Assembly: GCA_003599505.1 (NCBI GenBank)
Contig: QZKO01000045.1
Coordinates: 2,535-66,534 of the forward strand
Direction: 5' to 3'
Source: Nitrospiraceae bacterium
GTDB lineage: Bacteria; Nitrospirota; Thermodesulfovibrionia; UBA6902
DNA: 64,000 bases
Shown: positions 28,887 to 39,568 of the stretch, piece by piece
Position numbering within the stretch: position 1 is the first letter of the stretch
Layout: each line of letters starts with the position of its first letter
Program-made: the position numbers and the translations under genes
Notes under the pieces: generated by a model
Databases searched by the model: none
Told to the model about the DNA's origin: nothing
What the model saw: only the letters and a program-made list of their open reading frames with translations

Positions 28887-31247
28887 ATGAGAATATACGA
28901 ACTGTCCAAAAAGATAGATATCAGCAGCAAAGAAATAATCGCCAGGCTTGCAGGCATGGGCATTCGGGTAAAGTCGCACATGTCGAATATCGACGATGAC
29001 GTCATGGGTAAGCTGTCGGATTTTTTTGCGAAAAAAGAAATACCCGGGAAAGAGAAGCTCCCTCCTGCTCCAGGGAAAGAAGCTCCGGTTAAACCGGCAG
29101 GGAAGCCCCATGTCGAGAAACCGCGGAAAGAACAGCCGCCGGCAGAAGTCATGCCGCAAAAAGAAAACCGGGCTGCTCAGGAAACAAAGGCAGGAGAAGT
29201 GGAAGAAGCTGTTTCAGAAGCGCCTGCGGTCCTCCATAAAAAGGCGGGGCCACCGGTGGCCGAAGAAGACGAGGTCATCGTCCCCGACAGATTCAAGAAA
29301 GAAATAGAGCGCTCGAATATTGCAAAATTCAAAGCCAAACCCGGAATGCAGCGCGCATTTGATTCCATCCGCAGGGTAGATGTTGCGAAGAAGCCGCAGG
29401 ACTTTAAACCTCATTTCAAAAAACACGATAAAAGGTCTCATATCCAGCGGGTCGAACCCGCTCCGCCCCCCCTTACAACACAGCCGAGGAAACGGGTCAT
29501 CAAGTTTCAGGAAGGCACTTCGGTAAAGGAATTTGCCGAGCTGATCGGACAGAAAAGCAACGAGGTCATTAAGAAATTTATGGAGCTCGGCTCCATGCCC
29601 ACTATCAACCAGCCTGTGGACGCGGATGCGGCGCAGATTGTCGCGGAGTCCTTCGGTTTAAAAATCGAGCTTGCAAATATCGAAACCGAGGAATCGCTCC
29701 TTGAAGAAGCAAAGGTCGAGGAAGCCGCTCTCAGTCCGCGTCCGCCGATTGTCACCATAATGGGACATGTCGACCATGGTAAAACCACCCTTCTGGACGC
29801 GATAAGACAGACAAGGGTGACCGAGACAGAGGCCGGGGGAATAACCCAGCACATCGGTGCATATAAGGTAAAGCTGAAAAACAGGGAAATAACCTTTCTC
29901 GACACCCCCGGGCACGAGGCGTTTACCATGATGAGGGCCAGAGGCGCAAAGGTAACGGATATTGTCGTCCTTGTTGTCGCCGCCGACGACAGCGTCATGC
30001 CCCAGACCATAGAGGCGATCGACCATGCAAAGGCCGCTAACGTCCCCATTGTAGTGGCGATAAATAAAATTGACAAACCTGATGCGAATGTTACAAAGGT
30101 CAGGAATGAACTTTCACAATACGGCGTGGTTTCAGAAGAATGGGGCGGACAGAACATCTTTGTTGAGGTTTCAGCGAAACAGAAAACAGGCATTGAACGC
30201 CTCCTCGAGATGATCCTGCTCCAGGCGGAAGTAATGGAGCTGAAGGCGAATTACAACAGACCCGCAAGGGGTACAATCGTTGAAGCAAAACTCGATAGAG
30301 GCAGAGGACCGGTAGGCACGGTCCTGGTCAATGCAGGCGAGCTTAAAACCGGAGACCCTTTCCTTGTAGGGACGGTTGCCGGCAGGGTCAGGGCGCTGAT
30401 CGATGACAAAGGCAAAAAGATCGAAAAAGCCGGCCCTTCAACTCCTGTCGAGGTTATAGGGTTTCCCGAGGTGCCCCAGGCAGGCGACATCTTTATTGTA
30501 ATGGAAGACGAAAGAAAAGCAAGGCAGATAGCGATTAACAGGCTCCAGAAGCAGAGGACCGCGGCAGCCACGCATATGAAGAAATTAACGCTGGACCAGC
30601 TTTATGAAAAAGTTAAAGAAGGCGAAGTGCGGGACCTGAACGTCATCATAAAGGCGGATGTTCAGGGCTCGGCGGAAGCGGTCAGGGATTCGCTTTCGGC
30701 CATCTCTCATCCGCAGGTCAAGGTAAATGTTATCCACGCGAGCGCCGGCGGCATTAATGAATCCGACGTCATGCTGGCCGCCGCGTCAAATGCGATTATT
30801 ATCGGGTTCAACATCCGGCCTGACGCGAAGGCGTCAGCGCTTGTGGAAAAAGAAGGCGTCGACGTCAGGTTATACAACATAATCTACGAGGCCATCGAAG
30901 ATGTGAAGAAGGCGCTCGAAGGACTGCTCGAGCCGACTATAACTGAAAAGGTCATCGGCAGGGCCGAGGTCAGAAGCCTCTTCCATATATCGCGTATCGG
31001 GACCGTTGCCGGATGTTACGTGACCGACGGAAAGATTTCCCGCAGCAGCTCAGGAGTCAGGGTGATAAGAGACAACGTTGTCATTTACGAGAGCAGACTT
31101 TCATCCCTGAAAAGATTCAAGGATGATGCAAGAGAAGTGCAATCAGGGTTTGAATGCGGGATCATGGTGGAAAATTTCAATGACCTCAAGGTCGGCGACA
31201 TACTTGAAAATTATGTCAGGGAAGAAGTCGCCGCGAAACTGGAATAG
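28887..31247 (+). CDS. infB: Translation initiation factor IF-2
   Basis: GTPase G-domain '[14 protein letters not shown]...DTPGHEAF...NKIDK' preceded by a K/E/P-rich N-terminal region. Confidence 0.95.
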   Translation: MRIYELSKKIDISSKEIIARLAGMGIRVKSHMSNIDDDVMGKLSDFFAKKEIPGKEKLPPAPGKEAPVKPAGKPHVEKPRKEQPPAEVMPQKENRAAQETKAGEVEEAVSEAPAVLHKKAGPPVAEEDEVIVPDRFKKEIERSNIAKFKAKPGMQRAFDSIRRVDVAKKPQDFKPHFKKHDKRSHIQRVEPAPPPLTTQPRKRVIKFQEGTSVKEFAELIGQKSNEVIKKFMELGSMPTINQPVDADAAQIVAESFGLKIELANIETEESLLEEAKVEEAALSPRPPIVTIMGHVDHGKTTLLDAIRQTRVTETEAGGITQHIGAYKVKLKNREITFLDTPGHEAFTMMRARGAKVTDIVVLVVAADDSVMPQTIEAIDHAKAANVPIVVAINKIDKPDANVTKVRNELSQYGVVSEEWGGQNIFVEVSAKQKTGIERLLEMILLQAEVMELKANYNRPARGTIVEAKLDRGRGPVGTVLVNAGELKTGDPFLVGTVAGRVRALIDDKGKKIEKAGPSTPVEVIGFPEVPQAGDIFIVMEDERKARQIAINRLQKQRTAAATHMKKLTLDQLYEKVKEGEVRDLNVIIKADVQGSAEAVRDSLSAISHPQVKVNVIHASAGGINESDVMLAAASNAIIIGFNIRPDAKASALVEKEGVDVRLYNIIYEAIEDVKKALEGLLEPTITEKVIGRAEVRSLFHISRIGTVAGCYVTDGKISRSSSGVRVIRDNVVIYESRLSSLKRFKDDAREVQSGFECGIMVENFNDLKVGDILENYVREEVAAKLE

Positions 31248-31275
31248 CCCCCCTGGACCCTCTTGATTTTATAAA

Positions 31276-31557
31276 ATGATCGTCGGCCTCCTTACACTTG
31301 ATCTACACATATTTGAATCACATTCTTTAAAAGAAAAACGGTTTGTCATCAAAAGCCTTATCGACAGGATAAAAAACAAATTCAATGTCTCGGTAGCCGA
31401 AGTCGACGCCAACGACCTCTGGCAGAGGGCCGTAATCGGCATAGCCTGCGTCTCGAATGAGACAGTGATGGTCAATAAGGTTTTTGAGCAGATCAAAAAC
31501 CTGGTCCTGGGCACGCATTCCGTGGAATTAATCAATTCCACAACGGAGTTGTTGTAA
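31276..31557 (+). CDS. DUF503 protein (YlxP-like, conserved infB-downstream gene)
   Basis: 'MIVGLLTLDLHIFESHSLKEKR' is typical of DUF503, which normally lies between infB and rbfA. Confidence 0.8.
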   Translation: MIVGLLTLDLHIFESHSLKEKRFVIKSLIDRIKNKFNVSVAEVDANDLWQRAVIGIACVSNETVMVNKVFEQIKNLVLGTHSVELINSTTELL

Positions 31558-31588
31558 TGAAGTTAACGATCCTCCTCTATTGAAAAAA

Positions 31589-34096
31589 TTATCCTTCTAA
31601 TCTTGCCTCAAGCTCCGATTTGAAATCTCTATAAGTCTTTTCTTTCAATTTCTTAAAGAATAAATCATAACTCATTGGAGATAGAAATTTGAAATAATAT
31701 TTATGTTCCTGTTGCAGTTCATTAAGCCTGTTAAAGTGTTTTCTTGAATATTCAAGTTTTTTCCTATTCTCATCCCCTGATATTCCTTCATATGCTTTAT
31801 CATCTTTAATTTCTACCACAAGAATATCATTCAATATTTTTATGAAAAAATCAGGATTAAAACTCCCCTGCTTAGGATGCTCGCCTTTACGCCAGGAATA
31901 ATCAATCTTGTAAAAGCCTATATCAGGAGATTTAAACCATGCATCAATTATTCTGGAATTTTCTTCTTTGATTAGGCCCTTGATAAATTTTCGTTCAGGC
32001 TCATAAGCAGCCAATATTATATTCAGGTGCGTTTTGAAGTTGTATCTGTTTGCCACTTTTATAATAGCTGATTTTGGTAAACTCTCATCTTCATCAAGTT
32101 CTTTCAAAAGCTTAATATCTTCTGCTTCTCCTAAAATCAAAGAGTTGTCATCAAAGAATATTGTCCCATCACGTCTAAGCGACCCAATGCCAATGCTATT
32201 TTTCTTAACTTTAGTAGTACTAATTTTATATGGTTCATTTGATTTTGGGACTATCCTTGGGAAGATACTACTCTTTCTCTTAATAACGCCAAATGCGCGC
32301 AATGCTTTCAATCTATTTTCCTCACTGATAAAACTTGTCTTATCTTTTATTTCCTTTAAAGATTGTTGGATAACTTGCTCAATCCGTTTTTTAGTCCATA
32401 TTTCACTGTAGTTAGTTCCTGCATCCTGATCAAAGATATACAGCCGGTTAAAGATATCATTAGCAACATTTTTCACGGGATGCATATTCCTTGCAATATA
32501 ATATTCCCGTTTTTCTCTAAATCCTGTTATTACTGTCTCATATTCTGTTTCTTCTGGTACGATTGCATCTTGACTTGAAAAAGTTATATATCCTTTCTTG
32601 AGCAACTCAAATTCGTCCTCTTTTGGATACTCCTTATTTTCTCCTATGACCTTCTCATAATCAATCTGGTATAAATCAAAGTTGTAGTTCTCTTTCTTAT
32701 TTACAGGATAAGAATGGATTCTTTTCTCAATCTCAAGAACTTCATCTACCAGGTGTTTGATACTGCCTGACCATTTATCATGATTGAAAACTGTGACAAC
32801 TGGCTGATCTCCCTTATAGACTTCAGGTATCCTTAACCCTCTTCCTAAGACCTGCGCAATAAGAAGTTTTGAATTAAACGCCCTTTCCTCATGTGGAACA
32901 ATTTGAAAAACATTTTTAACATCCCAGCCTTCGGAAAGCATACTGACAGAAGCAATCCACTCTACAGGATTGTCTTTATCGTCTACCCTTCGCAGAATCG
33001 GGATATTGTTCTTATGTTCATTGGCAGAAGTAACAATTAAAACCTTCTCTGCCGCTTTCTCTTTGCTGATCTTCTCCTGTTTAGCAAGAAAAGTTATCAG
33101 CTTATCAGTCACTCGTTTACAGGCTGCTATGTTCTTTGTAACAAGGATAGTTATGGGTTTTACTTTCCGATATTTTATTTTCTTGTTTTCAATATGATTT
33201 TCGTAAATTTTCTGAAACTTCTCGTCCTCGTTTCCTGATGAGTCTTCAGCTACATAACGGATGCTTTTAACAAACTTTGACTCAATAGAATCTCTCAAAG
33301 AAAAGCGATGGATTACATCCGTGAAATAGTCATCTCCGATGTAGCAGGTACCTGAAAGGTTCACGATAAACCTGAATCCATATTTAGTGTCAAGCAGAAA
33401 TTCCTTCCACTTTTTGAGCGCAGTATCCGATGGACTCATAAGGTGATGAGCTTCATCGTTCAAAATGAGTGTTCGCTCCCCTTCCCCTACAAGGCTGTCT
33501 TCAATTGCTGATTTGGTATTTATGTAAGTAGCGTGAATATTCTCAATGCATATATCGCCCTTTTGAATGGTGTTAGATGCATTGATAATGCGTGGATTGA
33601 TTATTTTGGAATCAGCAGGCAAAAGTTCTTTTAAAGTTTTATCGGCTGATAGTGTTCTGAATTTTTCTGTTAAACCGGTCTCAATAGTATTTGACGGGCA
33701 GAGGACTAAAACCTGATCAACTGCGCCCTCTGCAAGCATAAGACGTGCAATGCCGTACATCACATAGCTTTTGCCTGTAGCCGTAGCATGCTCCAAAGAA
33801 CACGAAAGTTTATCAGGCAATTGCAGATGGGTTACAAAATCATCAATCGATGAATACTTCTCCTGAAGCTTTGGATTTTTGTGGTAGTTTTCTTCTACTA
33901 AATCCATGAGGCTTTTGTATTCACCGCCTAAAAAGTAGCGCAACGTCTCCCTGATTGCCTCTTTTTGATATTCCCTATTCTCACAGAGAGCATCTAAAAA
34001 AGCTTCATACTTGTTTGGGTCAAACCTTTTGGGGTCATAGTTGGGAGATATCTTGAGGACTAAATCTTTGTTTTGAAAAGTTTGACGGTCAAGCAT
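31589..34096 (-). CDS. res: Type III restriction enzyme Res subunit (SF2 helicase + PD-ExK nuclease)
   Basis: Walker A 'ATATGKSYVM', DEAH-box 'LILNDEAHHL' and a C-terminal 'NPDFFIKI...LVVEIKDDK' PD-(D/E)xK motif. AT-rich. Confidence 0.8.
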   Translation of the reverse strand: MLDRQTFQNKDLVLKISPNYDPKRFDPNKYEAFLDALCENREYQKEAIRETLRYFLGGEYKSLMDLVEENYHKNPKLQEKYSSIDDFVTHLQLPDKLSCSLEHATATGKSYVMYGIARLMLAEGAVDQVLVLCPSNTIETGLTEKFRTLSADKTLKELLPADSKIINPRIINASNTIQKGDICIENIHATYINTKSAIEDSLVGEGERTLILNDEAHHLMSPSDTALKKWKEFLLDTKYGFRFIVNLSGTCYIGDDYFTDVIHRFSLRDSIESKFVKSIRYVAEDSSGNEDEKFQKIYENHIENKKIKYRKVKPITILVTKNIAACKRVTDKLITFLAKQEKISKEKAAEKVLIVTSANEHKNNIPILRRVDDKDNPVEWIASVSMLSEGWDVKNVFQIVPHEERAFNSKLLIAQVLGRGLRIPEVYKGDQPVVTVFNHDKWSGSIKHLVDEVLEIEKRIHSYPVNKKENYNFDLYQIDYEKVIGENKEYPKEDEFELLKKGYITFSSQDAIVPEETEYETVITGFREKREYYIARNMHPVKNVANDIFNRLYIFDQDAGTNYSEIWTKKRIEQVIQQSLKEIKDKTSFISEENRLKALRAFGVIKRKSSIFPRIVPKSNEPYKISTTKVKKNSIGIGSLRRDGTIFFDDNSLILGEAEDIKLLKELDEDESLPKSAIIKVANRYNFKTHLNIILAAYEPERKFIKGLIKEENSRIIDAWFKSPDIGFYKIDYSWRKGEHPKQGSFNPDFFIKILNDILVVEIKDDKAYEGISGDENRKKLEYSRKHFNRLNELQQEHKYYFKFLSPMSYDLFFKKLKEKTYRDFKSELEARLEG

Positions 34097-34100
34097 AATT

Positions 34101-34613
34101 TCATTTCACCTCTGACCTGAAATCAGCTTTGTGTATACCCGCTTGTATTCTTTTTCTTGCTTCTTCAAAAGATTTCGTATCAGTTGAAGGAGAAAATTGA
34201 ACTATCAGATTGTATTTCTCTCGTAACCGCTTAACATTATGATAAAACTCTTCTTCTGAATAAAAATCTTTGAAAGTTTCATGTAACGATCTTGCTTCAT
34301 GTATTAATACTGTAAAATTCTTAGCAGCAAATAGGTGGTCTTTCGACTTTTTATCGTGTTCTAAAAGAATGTTTAGGATCGAAACTATACCTGAAAATAT
34401 AGTAACCCACGAAATCCAATTAGGCATTCCTAAAATCAAGGCAAAGGCACTCAAAACTGTAATTGCTGGCGGTACAAATTTATACCAAAAAGCTTTTCTG
34501 GAAAGCTTTTTCTCTATAATATAATGGGTTTCGGCAGTATAATTAGAATCTTCCTGAATCTGGTTACATTCTGCTATTAAGTTTTCAATTTTATTATTAT
34601 TCATGGTAAGCAC
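34101..34613 (-). CDS. SLATT-like 2-TM effector protein
   Basis: 170 aa with an N-terminal helix, a central pair of TM helices ('FVPPAITVLSAFALILGMPNWISWVTIFSGIVSILNILL') and C-terminal helices, the topology of SLATT domains. Overlaps the SMODS gene by 17 nt and ends 4 nt before the res start. Confidence 0.55.
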   Translation of the reverse strand: MLTMNNNKIENLIAECNQIQEDSNYTAETHYIIEKKLSRKAFWYKFVPPAITVLSAFALILGMPNWISWVTIFSGIVSILNILLEHDKKSKDHLFAAKNFTVLIHEARSLHETFKDFYSEEEFYHNVKRLREKYNLIVQFSPSTDTKSFEEARKRIQAGIHKADFRSEVK

Positions 34614-35547
34614 TTACGGGAAATGGAGCATCAAAAAGCTTTCTCCATGCCTCAATGGCTTCATTGTCACTCATAGCAAAAGTTTTTTTACAATGCTCAG
34701 CGATCTTATCAAACAACGTCGAGAGTCCTTGTTTTTCGGTTATAGACATATATCCGTCAGAAGAAGGAGATTTGCTTGCAGGTATATTTGCGGCTTTTAA
34801 AACTTCATCTTTACCCAGCAAGAAAAAATTATAAACTAAACTTGGATAATTAATTTGCCATTTTTGTTCTTTATAATAGTTAATTATAATTAAGATCAAA
34901 GATGCTGCTATCACTTCAAGATGATAAGATTTCATCATAGGGAATAGATTTCTTTTAGCAGCCTTAAGTATTTTAATTATAGGGATGAGATACCCATCAC
35001 TATTTTCATTTGATGATGCGATATGTTCCGCATCATAGTCATAATCAGCTATGACCCATTTATTATTTTTAGGAATCCAGTAACCTCTCCCTACCGGAAG
35101 AGTCGAAGTTCCATCAGGAGCTTTACCTATTTGATCAAGATACGCAGGAACAAGCTCAACTTTTACATTATCTTCATATTCAAAAGTTATTGTGGGATTA
35201 TCAGTCTCTACACCAAGTTTTTCATACGTTCCATGCTCAGTTACAATATCTTCTATCTTCTCCAGTGCATCTTCCGGTTTTATACCACCAGAAGGCAACC
35301 AGTTATAGAAGCTTCCTAATATAACCAATATATCAATATCAAAAATATCTTCCGACCATGGCTGTATTCTTGTCTTTCTTTGCAATGATCCGATCAATTT
35401 CGTCTCAATGGTTGAATCATATGATTCAATCCATTCCCTGATTGCATTGTGATGTGTTGTTACCTCTTCTTGGAAACTTTGGCTTAACTCAAGTTTTGAC
35501 TTGAACAGATTAAAAGCTTGAGTTATATTTAGAGCCATATTTATCAC
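34597..35547 (-). CDS. SMODS-family nucleotidyltransferase (CD-NTase-like second-messenger synthase)
   Basis: Pol-beta-type NTase signature '[23 protein letters not shown]' (GS-x14-DxD) and third acidic strand 'KVELVPA'. Overlaps the mod stop by 4 nt (ATGA). Confidence 0.65.
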   Translation of the reverse strand: MINMALNITQAFNLFKSKLELSQSFQEEVTTHHNAIREWIESYDSTIETKLIGSLQRKTRIQPWSEDIFDIDILVILGSFYNWLPSGGIKPEDALEKIEDIVTEHGTYEKLGVETDNPTITFEYEDNVKVELVPAYLDQIGKAPDGTSTLPVGRGYWIPKNNKWVIADYDYDAEHIASSNENSDGYLIPIIKILKAAKRNLFPMMKSYHLEVIAASLILIIINYYKEQKWQINYPSLVYNFFLLGKDEVLKAANIPASKSPSSDGYMSITEKQGLSTLFDKIAEHCKKTFAMSDNEAIEAWRKLFDAPFPVSAYHE

Positions 35548-37522
35548 TTCCTCCCAAAATCTTTTAAACTTTTTATTTCCCGCTTCTCATTCCCAAATAT
35601 ATCAATGTAAATAATCATGACTTGCCCTTTGACTTTATCGTCAACAAACCTCACCTCATAGTCGTTCTTCTTTAAATCCTCTGCGTAAAAAACTTCGTCA
35701 AGGTCAAAAACTTCTCCGTCAAAATCATAGTCCAGCATGACCATTGAAAGTGTCTCAAGGTTGGCAAATTCAACAGGTTTGCGGGAGATAATTCTGCTCT
35801 CAAACTTTTCAATCTTAATGACGCATTCTTTTATCTTCTGATTCAGCAGATCAGGATTTTTAGGTTTATCCAGATAATATTTGCACTCGACTGTCGGCAC
35901 CTGAACAAAGTCAAATCCTACAGCATCCACCGTATCATTGACATCCATTTCACTTACCGGTTGTTTTATCTTGGTAAATCCACGATTATGGATTTCCTCA
36001 ATAATGGAATAAGGGATGCGGAGAACAAAATATTTTGATTTTCCCTTAGCAATATAATCTTCAAGGAATTGTACCGAGGCAGCGGGTACGACGATGAAAA
36101 AGCGCCTGCCGATTTTGTCTCCAAGATACTTGTGTAGATCATCAATAAAGCCCCTGTCTAACATGGCATTTTTATATTTCTGGTAATTGAAGACAAGGAC
36201 GCTGTCCTCTCCAAGATAGCCATCGAGTTCAATCTTTGAAATCTCATGTTTTTCATCTCGGCACTGAAAGAGCTTTAATGCAAAGTCCCGATACTCCTCC
36301 CATGGAAGTCCTTTAAGCATTTTGTAATCGTAAAGACCTGCATTATAAAGAGTGAAAGGGTTACACTGCTTGCTGAATTTCTTTTTTGGATTCTCAAGGT
36401 CTTTGCTTTCACCAATGTTCAAAAAACGCTTTTGCATTGTATAAATTGCCAGCTTTCCACAGTCCACACCGATCCAACTCCTGCCGAGTTTTTCTGCAAC
36501 AGCAAGGGTAGTTCCTGAACCGGCAAAGCAGTCAAAAACAAGGTCGCCGGGGTTTGAAGAGGCTTTGATGATGCGTTGGAGCAAGGCTTCAGGTTTTTGG
36601 GTAGGGTAGCCAACCTTTTCAGTAGAAGTCGGGATTTGTTGAAAAGACATAATATCGTCCCAAACATCTCCGATAGCTTTTCCTTTTTCCATCACTTCAT
36701 CTAAATAACGTCTGCCACCTCTCCCGTCAAAATATTTCCTGCCGTCCTTATCTACTTTGTTGAATCTATCTATATATTCTTGTCGATGCTGGACGGCGAG
36801 TTTATTAAACATAAAGTCGTTGTTTTTAGCATAAAACAATAGAACATCATGACCTCTAATCCAGTTTTCAGCCTGCGTTTTAAATCCAGAGAGAACGCGA
36901 GTGTCCCAAACTACTTCTCTCTGGAAATGTTGTTCACCAAAAACCTCGTCTAAGAGAATCTTTATGTAGTGCCCTTTTTTTTCATCCAGATGCACATAAA
37001 TACTTCCATCTTCGCTCAATAACTCCTTCAAGCCCAAACAAGTCGCTTTCGTAAGAACTCCAGAAACCTCGCCCCTGCAATTTTGTCCTGATATGCTTTT
37101 TGATCCTGACTTCCACGAAACTCCTGCTTTGTTGCAAAGGGAGGATCAATATAAATTAATCTTACGCCCAGTGTGCCGTCAGCATTTTTGAGTTTTCCTT
37201 TATCCTTCATCTGCAAGAGGGTCTTCAACACTTGAAGGTTGTCGCCAAAGATGAGCATGTTTGTCCAACCGTTGCCGTTTTTACCATTCCGGAAGGTTTT
37301 TACTTTCTGCAAAGGCACAGCCATTGTATCAGCAAGGATATCTTCCTCACGATCCTTGTCGGAATAAATTAGCTCGTACTCTTTCTTGGTATCAAAGAGG
37401 AGGGAATGTTTAAGATTATTAAGCTGCGATATGAGGGCGTCTTTATGCTCTTTTGATAGCGGGTTACCTTTTACAAGAAGGCTTACAATTTCTTCAATAG
37501 CATTATTGGATAGTGTTCTCAT
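35544..37522 (-). pseudogene. mod: Type III R-M modification methyltransferase (Mod, N6_N4_Mtase family), disrupted by a -1 frameshift
   Basis: N-terminal fragment 37028..37522 carries 'IYIDPPFAT' (motif IV, DPPF). C-terminal fragment 35544..37037 carries 'YPTQKP...[15 protein letters not shown]' (motif I). The fragments overlap in different frames. Adding one T to the T3 run (plus-strand AAA at 37036-37038) restores a continuous '[24 protein letters not shown]' reading frame. Confidence 0.7.
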
Positions 37523-37672
37523 TTGTTTATTACTAATAGAATCAATTCAAACCTATTATTGGCCCCAATGGGTATAAGATAAGACCTAATACCACTATTT
37601 GTCAATGTTAATTAGGTGTATTGATACATTCACAAACCTTCCTTGTTAATCGCATGATTATGGGGAGGTTAA

Positions 37673-37990
37673 ATGAAAACAAAAGAGCTGATAGGCAAAA
37701 GAATTCAGGAGCTAAGAAAAAGAAGTGGTCTTTCTCAAGAGAAAGTTGCAGAGAAGGCAGATATCAACCCTCATTATCTCAGCCGTATCGAATGCGGCAA
37801 AGAAAACCCCACCCTCGACATGCTCATAAAACTCTCCAATGCCCTTGAAATTGAAATGTGGGAGATGTTTGACTTCGGGCATGTTACCGAAAAGAAGATA
37901 CTTAAAGAATCTCTCCAAACGTTCCTCAAAACCGCTGACGAACCTACCCTCCGCCTCGCCCTGAAAATCATCAGGGCTATTACAAGATAG
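37673..37990 (+). CDS. XRE-family HTH transcriptional regulator (possible controller of the divergent R-M/defence operon)
   Basis: 'LSQEKVAEKADINPHYLSRIECGKENPTLDMLIKLSNAL' HTH_XRE motif. Divergent from mod. RBS 'ggggagg' precedes the ATG. Confidence 0.8.
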   Translation: MKTKELIGKRIQELRKRSGLSQEKVAEKADINPHYLSRIECGKENPTLDMLIKLSNALEIEMWEMFDFGHVTEKKILKESLQTFLKTADEPTLRLALKIIRAITR

Positions 37991-38053
37991 CTTTCTTTCC
38001 CCTATCTTTTTATCACCTGTGATAAAATAACTTAAACGTGACAGGAGGTAATT

Positions 38054-38293
38054 ATGCCGAAAACCATAGAGGCTATTTATGAGGATGGGGTTTTCAAGCC
38101 TATTAAGAAAATCCGCCTTAGAGAACATGAAAAAGTTGAACTGTCTGTACTGACAAAAGCCGAGATTGATGATGTGGCCCGGAAGGCATTAAGCATAATA
38201 GGGATAGGGGGAAGCGGATTGAAAGATACCGCCCAGAGGCATGACGAATATCTTTACGGGAAGAAGCGACATATGCTGAAGAGAAAGAAATGA
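38054..38293 (+). CDS. DUF104-family antitoxin
   Basis: 'MPKTIEAIYEDGVFKPIKKIRLREHEKVELSV' is the characteristic DUF104 antitoxin N-terminus. Its stop overlaps the PIN gene start. Confidence 0.6.
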   Translation: MPKTIEAIYEDGVFKPIKKIRLREHEKVELSVLTKAEIDDVARKALSIIGIGGSGLKDTAQRHDEYLYGKKRHMLKRKK

Positions 38294-38706
38294 TATTTGT
38301 TGATACGGGTGCGTGGGTTGCAATTGCTGATAAAAACGATCAATATGCAAAAGAAGCAAGTCAACAATATACGAGTTTTATTCTAAAAAAGGAGAGGCTT
38401 GTTACATCCAATTTAATCCTTGTTGAAACTTATAATCTCCTTTCACAGACTATAGGGGCCAAAGCTACAATCAGGTTTGGAAATATCCTGAATTCAACCA
38501 ATCTTGTCAGAGTCGAGATCATTACAAAAACAGACTGGGATAGGGGCTGGAAAATTCTTGAGAAATATGATGATAAAGAATTTTCTTTTACGGATTGCAC
38601 AAGCTTTGCTTTAATGGAACGGTTAAAAATAAGAACCGCTTTTTCTTTTGATGCACACTTTGTACAGTATGGTTTTACTAAAATTCCCCCAACGATCCTA
38701 AGGTAA
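38290..38706 (+). CDS. PIN-domain toxin (VapC-like)
   Basis: 'MIFVDTGAWVAIADKND' (first acidic residue) and 'FSFTDCTSFALMERLKIRTAFSFDAHF' (C-terminal acidic residues) of the PIN fold. Confidence 0.8.
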   Translation: MIFVDTGAWVAIADKNDQYAKEASQQYTSFILKKERLVTSNLILVETYNLLSQTIGAKATIRFGNILNSTNLVRVEIITKTDWDRGWKILEKYDDKEFSFTDCTSFALMERLKIRTAFSFDAHFVQYGFTKIPPTILR

Positions 38707-38730
38707 TCCCTTCAATCATTTTACGACGTA

Positions 38731-39228
38731 TCAAGGAATCTCTTCTAATGAACCAACCGGAGAATAAAATCCATAATCAATCATACGGTTCAGGATTTCA
38801 TCGGCCTTTTTGGGATTAACAGCTTTTCTTCTCACTGCTTTTACAAGAATCCCTATTGTGCCTGTCAATTTAATTCCTGATAAACTTGCCTCTCTTCTTG
38901 CTGCCTTATCGTCACATGCAAATACAAAACCTCTTGCTTTTGCAAGAGAAATACAGGAGGCTTCTCCAAAACCCAGTGATACGGAAAGCGATTCAAAGAG
39001 GGCTTTTTCACTCCTGCTGCGAAGTGTTATTTCTTTGAGCCAGCCATTTCTCAAAGCTTCTCTTATTCTGATAAGCTGGTTGAAGCCTGCAAGTACACCC
39101 TTAGTATTTTCAGCAGACACAAAGTCTGTAATATATGCATTATTTGCGTATAAGATTTTAATTATATCAAGGGAATCCGACAGGGCAAAATTACTCAGGA
39201 CACAATTGTCGAAAATTATTTCAGGCAT
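38731..39228 (-). CDS. DUF3368 / PIN_3-family nuclease-like toxin
   Basis: 'IIFDNCVLSNF...GEASCISLAKARGFVFACDDKAAR' matches COG2405/DUF3368 PIN-like proteins. Confidence 0.65.
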   Translation of the reverse strand: MPEIIFDNCVLSNFALSDSLDIIKILYANNAYITDFVSAENTKGVLAGFNQLIRIREALRNGWLKEITLRSRSEKALFESLSVSLGFGEASCISLAKARGFVFACDDKAARREASLSGIKLTGTIGILVKAVRRKAVNPKKADEILNRMIDYGFYSPVGSLEEIP

Positions 39229-39532
39229 TTACTGAATCCTGAGCAATCTCATCCAGGTCCTGTATTTTAAGAGAGATATGATGCTCTTTCAGGTAAAGCC
39301 GCGCGCTTTCAGGATCAATGCCCAGAATTTCCGAAAGCTTTCCAAGACTGATGAAGCCTTCCTTATACGCCTCAATCGCAATCAATTTTCTATGTTCAAG
39401 AGAACTCCTCTTTTTATAAGTAATATCCACAGACTCCCTTACAAGCTCTCCGAGAGATTTCCCCTCTTTTCTTGCATAAGTTTTTAATTTTTTATGCTGT
39501 TCATCAGTTAGTATTATATTGGTCCTTTTCAT
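39221..39532 (-). CDS. RHH + UPF0175-family antitoxin (partner of DUF3368)
   Basis: N-terminal ribbon-helix-helix 'TNIILTDEQHKKLKTYARKEGKSLGELVRESV', then C-terminal UPF0175-like 'AIEAYKEGFISLGKLSEILGI'. Overlaps the toxin gene by 8 nt. Confidence 0.6.
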   Translation of the reverse strand: MKRTNIILTDEQHKKLKTYARKEGKSLGELVRESVDITYKKRSSLEHRKLIAIEAYKEGFISLGKLSEILGIDPESARLYLKEHHISLKIQDLDEIAQDSVNA

Positions 39533-39544
39533 ACCGCCTCCGGC

Positions 39545-39568
39545 ATATATGTGTAATTATATGTGTAA
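39545..39568. promoter_or_regulatory. Perfect tandem direct repeat TATATGTGTAAT x2 immediately upstream of the RHH antitoxin gene (candidate operator)
   Basis: Read directly at 39545-39556 and 39557-39568, 13-36 nt upstream of the antitoxin start (39532, minus strand). Confidence 0.45.
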
